Below, piece after piece: positions 7,302 to 14,761 of a DNA stretch of 14,761 bases. Below the pieces are notes generated by a model. The model saw only the letters and a list, made by a program, of their open reading frames with translations, ran no database searches and was not told the DNA's origin. Origin of the DNA: Promethearchaeota archaeon (GTDB lineage Archaea > Asgardarchaeota > Lokiarchaeia > Sigyniarchaeales > SOKP01); the NCBI GenBank assembly GCA_048940925.1, contig JBHLOC010000005.1, positions 130,787 to 145,547 of the forward strand. Direction: 5' to 3'. A program made the position numbers and the translations under genes. Position 1 is the stretch's first letter, and each line of letters opens with the position of its first letter.

Positions 7302-7501
7302 ATGGATAATTGAGCAAATATTATAACATATATTCTTATTACATCTAATTAGATCAATTACAAATTTAAATTTAACATTATTCATTTAATAAAAAATTTG
7401 AATAAACATTGAAATGGCTTTATTTTCTAAAAATAACTCTTATTGTAATAGAAGCATCAAAAAATAAGTTATTTAATAATACTTTATCAGTTCTTTATTA
7501 A

Positions 7502-8656
7502 CTATACTCCCTTTCGTAATAAATGATTAGCAATTACTAATCTTTGAATTTCACTTGTTCCCTCGTAAATCTCACCCATCTTAGCATCTCTGAAATATCT
7601 TTCTACGGGATATGCTTTCATCAAACCATATCCTCCATGTATTTGAACAGCACTATGAGCTGCTTGCATAGCTGCTTCAGAAGCTACTAATTTTGCCATT
7701 GAACTTACATGTCCATAATCCATTTTATTATCATACATATAAGCTGCTTTATGTGTGAAAAATCGACCAGCTTCAACAGCACACGCCATATCTGCAATTT
7801 TCCATTGAATCGCTTGAAACCTACCTATTGGTTGCCCAAATTGAATTCTTTCATTTGCATATTTAATTGAAGCTTCTAAAGCCGCTTGACCTAGACCTAC
7901 AGATTGAGCAGCGATACCTATTCTTCCGTATCCTAAGATTTGCATTGCAAGCTTAAATCCTTCCCCCTCTTCTCCTAAAATATTTTCTTGAGGGATCCTA
8001 ACATCTTCAAATACAAGTTCAGATGTATTTGACCCACGAACACCTAATTTATCCTCTTTTGCACCAATAGAATATCCAGGAGTATCAGTATCAAAAATAA
8101 AGACAGTTAGTTGTTTTCTCCCCTCTTTTTCACCTGTGTTAGCTATTATAAGTAGTGTATTTGCAATACCTCCATTTGTAGCAAAAATCTTTGTCCCATT
8201 GAGTATATATTCATTACCATCTTTTTCTGCTTTTAATTGCACTCCTGCTGCATCTGATCCGGCTTCGGGCTCAGTTAAACAAAAAGCTCCCACCTTATCA
8301 CCTTTAGCAAGATCTAAGAGAAATTTTTTCTTTTGCTCTTCGGTTCCGTATTTATAGATCGGGTAGGTGGCAAGACTATTATGAACTGCTATAGAGAGAC
8401 CCCATGCTGCATCGGCACGTCCAATTTCTTCAACAACAATACAATAGCCAACAGTATCATTATGAAGTCCAGCACCCCCATATTCCTCGGGAATACATGC
8501 ACCAAAATAATTCATTTCTTTCATTTTTTGAAAAGCTGTTTCATTTAATTCCTGCTTTTCATCACTTTCTTGCGCAACAGGCACAAGATATTCTTCAGCA
8601 AATTCTCTTGTAATTCTTTTTAACATTTCTTGATTTTCGGTTAAGGAAAAATCCAT
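7502..8656 (-). CDS. Acyl-CoA dehydrogenase (short/branched-chain, butyryl-CoA DH-like)
   Basis: AFCLTEPEAGSDA, LNGTKIFATNG, KLGVRGSNTSELVFEDV, RIQFGQPIGRFQAIQ, AVQIHGGYG and catalytic Glu in IYEGTSEIQR. The typical MDFSLTE start is at 8656 (alternative ATG at 8668). Confidence 0.95.
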   Translation of the reverse strand: MDFSLTENQEMLKRITREFAEEYLVPVAQESDEKQELNETAFQKMKEMNYFGACIPEEYGGAGLHNDTVGYCIVVEEIGRADAAWGLSIAVHNSLATYPIYKYGTEEQKKKFLLDLAKGDKVGAFCLTEPEAGSDAAGVQLKAEKDGNEYILNGTKIFATNGGIANTLLIIANTGEKEGRKQLTVFIFDTDTPGYSIGAKEDKLGVRGSNTSELVFEDVRIPQENILGEEGEGFKLAMQILGYGRIGIAAQSVGLGQAALEASIKYANERIQFGQPIGRFQAIQWKIADMACAVEAGRFFTHKAAYMYDNKMDYGHVSSMAKLVASEAAMQAAHSAVQIHGGYGLMKAYPVERYFRDAKMGEIYEGTSEIQRLVIANHLLRKGV

Positions 8657-8932
8657 AATAACCAACATTTATTTATCTATTTTTTCAAAATCTTAATTTT
8701 AAATAATCTATTTTAAAAAGTTAGTTATTTATCCTTATTATATTTTATTAAGTTAAACAAGGATATTTGGTAAGCCGAAATCATTAAATCTTATGTGATA
8801 AGTATTTTTTACAATAGCAAAAGATAAAGATGATGGGATTAGGAGGTTAAATAGTAAATGATTTTGGATATTAAGTTGCTAGAATAATTTTAAAAAGTTA
8901 AAAAATAAAAAGTATTTAAAAAATCTATAAAG

Positions 8933-9337
8933 TTAATTACGAGCTCCACATAAGGGACAAATATCTTGATCTCCGATTGGATTACCACAGTCCTTGCAAC
9001 GCCTTACATCATCTATTACTTCTGTCTCTTCAGGTTCTTCTAAATCTTTTTCAAGTTTTCCTTCTTTTTTAACACCTTTTGAAAATATTGTCCCAGGTCG
9101 ATCTCCTGGCCAAATTATATTAATTATGACTGCAGATACTACTAAAACAATACCAATTATAAGGTAAAACGTAAGACTTTCACCAAAGTTTTGTTGTAAG
9201 ATCTCTGTAGCAACAGTAATCCATCCTGTCATCCATACCCCTATTGGAGTAACAAAAGGTTTAAGGAATACTAAAATTATACCAATAATATCTGCAATAA
9301 CTTGTACCCATGGCATATATTCAAGTTGTAATAACAT
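8933..9337 (-). CDS. Hypothetical membrane protein with C-terminal zinc ribbon
   Basis: 2-3 hydrophobic segments, a charged linker and terminal CKDCGNPIGDQDICPLCGARN. ATG at 9337 is preceded by GAGGTGA plus 5 nt. Confidence 0.8.
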   Translation of the reverse strand: MLLQLEYMPWVQVIADIIGIILVFLKPFVTPIGVWMTGWITVATEILQQNFGESLTFYLIIGIVLVVSAVIINIIWPGDRPGTIFSKGVKKEGKLEKDLEEPEETEVIDDVRRCKDCGNPIGDQDICPLCGARN

Positions 9338-9351
9338 ATAATTCACCTCAT

Positions 9352-9843
9352 TTAAGCTTTCATCCGATTTTCTCGGATTTTTTCTCTATTAACAATAAAA
9401 TCGATTATATCATAGATTCTTAACACGATTGTTAGAAAATATACTCCCATATAGACTAGAATCATTTGTTGGAGATTTAAAGCTAAAAATCCAGATTGAT
9501 TTCCCATCTGTAAGCTAAATACAATTTCAGTCGCACCAGAAAATTTATAACTCCATATATACAAACTGTTTACAATAACTTGAATCAAAGCAAAAATACC
9601 TCTTCTAATTGACTGTTTAGGAGAAGAATATGTAAAAAATGCACATCCACATATCAATATTCCGAATGCGGTTAACCAAAATAAAATTGTTTCATAATCT
9701 TGTTCCGAATATTCTAAAAAAGCACCTGCATAGTCTCGGATCAGTGAGAAAGTATACATAGGAATGATTATTGTTGTTGTCACATAAACAGCAGTAACAA
9801 TAATGCCTCTAACCATATTTTTTACTGCGCCTATTTTAAACAC
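9352..9843 (-). CDS. Hypothetical 4-TM membrane protein
   Basis: Four hydrophobic helices; tightly packed between its neighbours on the same strand. An alternative ATG start is at 9816. Confidence 0.78.
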   Translation of the reverse strand: MFKIGAVKNMVRGIIVTAVYVTTTIIIPMYTFSLIRDYAGAFLEYSEQDYETILFWLTAFGILICGCAFFTYSSPKQSIRRGIFALIQVIVNSLYIWSYKFSGATEIVFSLQMGNQSGFLALNLQQMILVYMGVYFLTIVLRIYDIIDFIVNREKIRENRMKA

Positions 9844-10438
9844 CTCCTTGATATTCTCCTACAGGCATACTACGCACTCCAAATCGAAGGGAATGCAAAC
9901 CAATAGAATAATCCAGACTTATTGTCAAATTAGCAAAAAAGGATAAAATGGGAGGACCACTATATAAATCGACTTCTGTAGCCAGATCTGGAAAATTCTC
10001 TATAATAAAATCGCTATATTCAACAGAATATATGAAATCTCTATTACTTCTTTTTGGTATATTACCAAAGCTTTCAGGTTTATCAAGGATTATCACTGTT
10101 CTTGTTTCATTCAATCCTGGAGAAGGATAGTCCACTTGACTATAATTTATAGCAATCTGAAGTGTTAATTTAAGGTTTTCTAAATCAAAATAACCTGCAT
10201 TGGTGATATTAAAAGGCAAAGTAAATTCTATGTTATTAATTTCTCCTGAAGTTGCATTTATATCTAAAGTAAACTTGGAATTTTCAGTATCGATATTAAT
10301 ATTTTTATCAAAATCTTGAAAGATTAGAACCGCAGATAATCCGCCTATTACCGATACAAGGGTTACAGATAGAGTCAATGTCAAGATAAAAATCCGAAAT
10401 ATCAATCTAAACACACGAGAAGGTCTCATGATACTCAA
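9836..10438 (-). CDS. Membrane-anchored beta-sandwich protein (LEA_2/Ig-like pattern)
   Basis: Basic N-terminus and one long TM segment, then alternating beta-strand patterns including FTLPFNITNAGYFDLENLKLTLQI; several N-x-S/T sequons (NAT, NIT, NYS, NET, NLT). Start is TTG 10438 or ATG 10429. Confidence 0.7.
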   Translation of the reverse strand: MSIMRPSRVFRLIFRIFILTLTLSVTLVSVIGGLSAVLIFQDFDKNINIDTENSKFTLDINATSGEINNIEFTLPFNITNAGYFDLENLKLTLQIAINYSQVDYPSPGLNETRTVIILDKPESFGNIPKRSNRDFIYSVEYSDFIIENFPDLATEVDLYSGPPILSFFANLTISLDYSIGLHSLRFGVRSMPVGEYQGGV

Positions 10439-10797
10439 ACAAATTAATTATGATATTTGATATATTTATTTTTTAATTAGATAATTTAAATTAACTTTAA
10501 TGAGAAAATCCACATTTAAAAATCTTTTATTTTTACTTTTAAGAATTAAGACTTTTATAAAGCTTGAAATTTTAATTTAACTTCAATAATCTTATAAAAA
10601 ATTTATAAGAGAATTTTGTAAGGAAATAATCAGTTCTTAAAGTATAGTTTTTATTAATAATCAAATGTTATAGGTTAGTTCATGAATGATTCTTTTTCTA
10701 TAGGCTATGAGTGAATTTAAATGTGTTAATTCAAATAATTAGATTATATCATTAAAATTTTTTTAAAATAGATTTAAATAAAAACATAATAATTTTG

Positions 10798-13629
10798 ATG
10801 AAAATGAAAGAAATTCATGCCCATTCAATTAATTTTAAAGATGTAGTAGAAAAAATGAATACATCAATTGAAAATGGTTTAACAGAGCAAGAATCTCAAA
10901 GAAGGCTTGAAGAGTTTGGAAAAAATGAGCTGATTAAGGAAAAAGGAAAAACTGCATTACAAATTTTCATTGGACAATTTAAAGATTTTTTAATATATCT
11001 TTTAATGTTTGCTATTGTAATTTCAATTATAATTGGTCTCTGGGAAGCATCTCAACCAGGAGCCGAGCAATGGTCCACTGAATATACTGACGCAATAGTT
11101 ATAGCAGCAATTTTAATTGTCAATGCGATCTTGGGATTTTATCAAGAGTATCAAGCAGAAAGATCTCTTGAAAGTTTGAAAAAGTTAGCGCCTCATTTTG
11201 CTAAAGTACGAAGAGACGGAAGGGTCATTGAAATAGATGTTGAAAATGTAGTTCCTGGAGATATCACTCTGATTGAAGAGGGAGATAAATTTCCTGCAGA
11301 TGTTCGGCTTTTTAAAGAATTTTCCCTCTATGTTGATGAGGCAATTCTAACAGGAGAATCAAAACCTGTTAAAAAGCAAATAAAACCTGTAGATCAAAAA
11401 ATGATTCTAGCAGATAGAACGAATTTAGGCTATATGAACACCATAATCACTAGGGGAAATGGGGAAGGTATTGTAATTGGAACGGGAATGAATACGGAGA
11501 TCGGTAAAATTGCAGAAAGTTTACAAGAAGAAGTAGTTGAGCTTAGTCCTTTCCAGCAAGAAGTAAATAAATTTGGGAAACTTTTAGGAATACTCATATT
11601 ATTAATTTGTGGTGCTGTTTTTCTCATTGAATTAGTTATTTTACTATTTACAGGATTTGATTTAGAAACACTTGTTCAAGCATTTGAAATATCAATTAGT
11701 CTAGCGGTATCTGCAGTTCCAGAAGGTCTTATTGTTGTTATTACTGTGGTTATGAGTATAGGAATGAGAAAGATGGCAGAACGAAATGCCTTAGTTAGGA
11801 AATTAACCGCTGTTGAAACTTTGGGAAGATTAAATATAATTTGTTCCGATAAAACAGGTACACTCACGAAAAATGAGATGACGGTTGTAAAAGTATTCCT
11901 AGGAGGAATAGAATATAATGTAGAAGGTGTGGGATATGCGATAGAGGGAAAAATTATAAATGAAAAAGGTAATGTAGTTGAAATGAGCGATAATCTAAAG
12001 AAGTATTTAGAAATATGTATGTTTTGTAATAATTCCAATGTTTCACTAAAAAATGATGGAACGAATGATACACAAGTAGTTGGAGATCCTACTGAAATTT
12101 CTATGAAAGTGTTAGCCATGAAGATGGAGCTTGAAACTAAGGCAGAAAAAATTGATGAAATACCTTTTAGTTCTGACAGAAAAATGATGTCTGTTGTGGT
12201 TAGAATTGATGGTAAACTTTTTTCTCTCATTAAGGGTGCTCCAGACATCTTACTAAAAAATGCAACTCAAGGTATTTATGATGGGACTTTAAAACCCATT
12301 AATGAGGTAAAAGATATGTTTTTAAATAAAAATGAAGGTTTTGCCACAAATGCCTTAAGAGTCCTGGGATTAGCATATAAACCTCTTAATGAGGGATACA
12401 AGGAAGAAGAAATTGAAACAGATTATATCTATCTTGGTTTAGCAGGAATTATTGATCCTGCGAGGGATGAAGTAAAAGATGCTATAGAAGAAGCAAAAAT
12501 GGCAGGGATCAGGACAATAATGATTACAGGAGACCATAAAATTACAGCCATTGCAATTGCACATGAAATTGGATTAACTGACTCTACTGAAGCTATAACT
12601 GGTGTAGAATTAGAAGAAATGAATGATGATGTACTACGAGAGAAAGTGAAAACTGTTGATATTTTTGCGAGAGTTAGTTCAGAGCATAAGTTAAGAATAT
12701 TAAGAAGGTTAAAAGAATTAAATTTAGTTGTAAGTATGACAGGAGATGGTGTTAATGATGCTCCAGCAGTCAAAGGTGCTCATGTCGGTGTAGCAATGGG
12801 AATGAAAGGAACAGAAGTGACTCAAGAAGCATCAGATATGATCCTTATAGATGATAATTATGCTACTATTGTAAATGCTATTGAAGAAGGCAGAGGAATT
12901 TTTGAAACTACAAAAGGTTTCTTCCGATACATGTTAAGTACTAATTTTGATGAGATTTTTATGATACTTGCAGCATATATCGTTATGAAATTATTTGCTA
13001 GTGTATTTCTCGCTTTACCTGTCCTACCTATACAAATTCTATGGCTAAACATTGCAACTGATGGTATTCCAGCAATGGTTTTAGGCTTTACACCGACAGA
13101 TCCGGATGTAATGAAGGATAAACCCCGTAAAGGGTTTACTTTAATTCCAGAAATCAAGGGTCCAGTTTTACTTCTTGGAATTTATACTTCTATCACAGAC
13201 ATCTCGTTATATCTACTTTTATGGTCGGTTCTAATTCCCGTATGGGCTCAGACTGGCATTGACCCTAAATTAACGATGGATTATTTAATAGAGGGATCAA
13301 ACGCAAACTTATATGCAATATCATTAACACAGACCATAATCTTTTCTAATTTAGTAATATGCGAATTAATGTTTGTATATACATGTACTTCAAATATCAA
13401 ACCGTTTTACTTATTTCCTAATAAACACTTATTTTGGGCAACAGGTCTGTCGCTTGGACTACAATTTCTAATCATATATACCCCACTTGGCATAGCATTC
13501 CATGTGATACCATTAACTCACGGTTTTTATTGGATTGCAGTATTACTTGGAGCTTTTAGTGTGTCTGTCATGGATGAAGTAAGAAAATGGAGAATGAGAA
13601 GGAAAAGAGGAATAATAGTCAGAAAATAA
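10798..13629 (+). CDS. P-type IIA Ca2+-transporting ATPase (SERCA-like)
   Basis: LTGES, AVPEGL, CSDKTGTLT, FSSDRKMMS, KGAPD, MITGD, TGDGVNDAPA; M5 YMLSTNFDE and M6 QILWLNIATDGIPA. Start may be 10795 (TTG), 10798 or 10804. Confidence 0.95.
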   Translation: MKMKEIHAHSINFKDVVEKMNTSIENGLTEQESQRRLEEFGKNELIKEKGKTALQIFIGQFKDFLIYLLMFAIVISIIIGLWEASQPGAEQWSTEYTDAIVIAAILIVNAILGFYQEYQAERSLESLKKLAPHFAKVRRDGRVIEIDVENVVPGDITLIEEGDKFPADVRLFKEFSLYVDEAILTGESKPVKKQIKPVDQKMILADRTNLGYMNTIITRGNGEGIVIGTGMNTEIGKIAESLQEEVVELSPFQQEVNKFGKLLGILILLICGAVFLIELVILLFTGFDLETLVQAFEISISLAVSAVPEGLIVVITVVMSIGMRKMAERNALVRKLTAVETLGRLNIICSDKTGTLTKNEMTVVKVFLGGIEYNVEGVGYAIEGKIINEKGNVVEMSDNLKKYLEICMFCNNSNVSLKNDGTNDTQVVGDPTEISMKVLAMKMELETKAEKIDEIPFSSDRKMMSVVVRIDGKLFSLIKGAPDILLKNATQGIYDGTLKPINEVKDMFLNKNEGFATNALRVLGLAYKPLNEGYKEEEIETDYIYLGLAGIIDPARDEVKDAIEEAKMAGIRTIMITGDHKITAIAIAHEIGLTDSTEAITGVELEEMNDDVLREKVKTVDIFARVSSEHKLRILRRLKELNLVVSMTGDGVNDAPAVKGAHVGVAMGMKGTEVTQEASDMILIDDNYATIVNAIEEGRGIFETTKGFFRYMLSTNFDEIFMILAAYIVMKLFASVFLALPVLPIQILWLNIATDGIPAMVLGFTPTDPDVMKDKPRKGFTLIPEIKGPVLLLGIYTSITDISLYLLLWSVLIPVWAQTGIDPKLTMDYLIEGSNANLYAISLTQTIIFSNLVICELMFVYTCTSNIKPFYLFPNKHLFWATGLSLGLQFLIIYTPLGIAFHVIPLTHGFYWIAVLLGAFSVSVMDEVRKWRMRRKRGIIVRK

Positions 13630-13822
13630 ATCCAACTAATTTTTATAAACCTTATATTTTTTATCTCCATAATTAATTAATACGGATAATATCTATCCAA
13701 TTAAACCTTAATTTTTTAAAATTTCTTTAGACGTTTAATTAATTTTAAATTTTTAATATAATTTTAATAAATAATTAGAAGTTATTAGTTCAAAAATTCT
13801 AAAACGAGATTGATGTATAAGA

Positions 13823-14509
13823 ATGAATATAACTGAAGTTTTAAAAGAGAAGATCGAATCAAATGAGACAGTATTAACAGAATTCGAATCTAAAGAATTA
13901 CTACAAGAAATAGGCATTCAAATCCCTGCTCAAAAGTTAACCTCTTCAAAAGAAGAAACTGTTTCCACAGCTGAAGAAATTGGGTATCCGATAGTTATGA
14001 AACTTATTGCAGAAGATATAATTCATAAATCTGATACTGGTGCAGTGAAATTAAATATAAAAAGTAAAGAAGAGGTAGAAAACGCTTATAATGAATTAAT
14101 GAATATTCCATCTCAAACCGATAAAAAAATATCTGTTCAGAAGATGGCAGACGAGCCAATAACAGAGTTAATTATCGGTATGACTACGGATGCGCAATTT
14201 GGGCCTGCTCTGATGTTTGGAATTGGCGGAATCTTAGTCGAATTGCTTGAAGATGTGAGTTTCAGGATCGCACCAATTACAGAATACGATGCTAACGAAA
14301 TGATTCACGAGATAAAGGGATTTCCCATATTAGATGGATATCGAGGTAAACCTAAGGCAGATCTCGATGCAATAGTCGAAACATTATTAAAAATATCTGA
14401 TCTTGTTGTGAAACATGAAGAAATTAATGAAATGGATTTAAATCCAGTATTCATATATGAAAAAGGATTAATTTGTGTAGATGCTAGAATAATCTTAAAG
14501 AAGGATTAA
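13823..14509 (+). CDS. acdB: Acetate/acyl-CoA ligase (ADP-forming) beta subunit, ATP-grasp
   Basis: LTEFESKELL, IGYPIVMK, IHKSDTGAVKLNI (phospho-His), ELIIG..D.QFGP.LMFG.GG..VE, L.GYRG, EMDLNP, VDARI; stand-alone 228 aa, as in archaeal ACD beta. Confidence 0.9.
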   Translation: MNITEVLKEKIESNETVLTEFESKELLQEIGIQIPAQKLTSSKEETVSTAEEIGYPIVMKLIAEDIIHKSDTGAVKLNIKSKEEVENAYNELMNIPSQTDKKISVQKMADEPITELIIGMTTDAQFGPALMFGIGGILVELLEDVSFRIAPITEYDANEMIHEIKGFPILDGYRGKPKADLDAIVETLLKISDLVVKHEEINEMDLNPVFIYEKGLICVDARIILKKD

Positions 14510-14511
14510 GC

Positions 14512-14518
14512 TTTTTTT
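14512..14518 (+). terminator. Possible archaeal oligo-T terminator after acdB
   Basis: T7 run starting 3 nt after the stop codon; weak evidence in AT-rich DNA. Confidence 0.35.
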
Positions 14519-14761
14519 AAAGGATTTAATCAAAAAAATTAATAATTTTATTCATTATTTATCTTTTTCTTACTTACTAATCGATATAAATTTCAATATT
14601 TCAACAAAATATATATTAAGAGATTATTATGGATTTCTTAATTATATTTTAAATCTAAAAAAAAAATTTAAGATTGAACATACAAGGTTATAATTTAAAT
14701 TAACTAATTCTAATATTAAATTAAAAAAAATTGATTATTTGATTTCTATGTTTAAATCTGA

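Noticed and set aside
7302-7385. Longer N-terminus (ATG 7385) with three Cys for the PCI-like protein
   Set aside because: The N/I/K/F-rich composition looks like translated AT-rich intergenic DNA. ATG 7301 is preferred, though the longer start is not excluded.
8136-8613. Short plus-strand ORFs at 8136, 8333 and 8404
   Set aside because: They are antisense to a well-conserved acyl-CoA dehydrogenase and have no motifs.
8669-8932. Intergenic region as a possible ncRNA or SECIS element
   Set aside because: I could not see a convincing stem-loop, tRNA fold or neighbouring selenoprotein gene.
9948-10130. 60-aa plus-strand ORF
   Set aside because: It is antisense to the 9836..10438 gene.
11430-13157. 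Four minus-strand ORFs of 65-190 aa
   Set aside because: They are antisense shadows of the P-type ATPase.

Overview
AT-rich archaeal window whose gene content points to an Asgard archaeon, probably Lokiarchaeia; this is inferred from the SDS22-type LRR, MPN/JAMM and PCI-like proteins, comDE, archaeal ADP-forming acyl-CoA synthetase beta subunit and GGTGA ribosome-binding motifs. In order it holds: a 5'-truncated LRR protein, a family III CoA-transferase, a small membrane protein, comD-comE, a JAMM/MPN+ protease fused to a TPR/alpha-SNAP-like solenoid, a multi-zinc-finger protein, a convergent PCI-like protein, an acyl-CoA dehydrogenase, three tightly packed unknown membrane genes, a SERCA-like P-type IIA Ca2+-ATPase and acdB. 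The best candidate for an undescribed system is 4105..7301. There an intact JAMM isopeptidase, a tandem C2HC (UBZ-like) zinc-finger protein and a PCI/winged-helix protein sit side by side, resembling the parts of the proteasome lid, COP9 signalosome and eIF3. The zinc-finger gene appears 66 codons longer than in the ORF track and seems to start at a non-canonical ATT. No rRNA, tRNA, CRISPR array or mobile element was recognised. All family calls come from reading motifs by eye, not from database searches.
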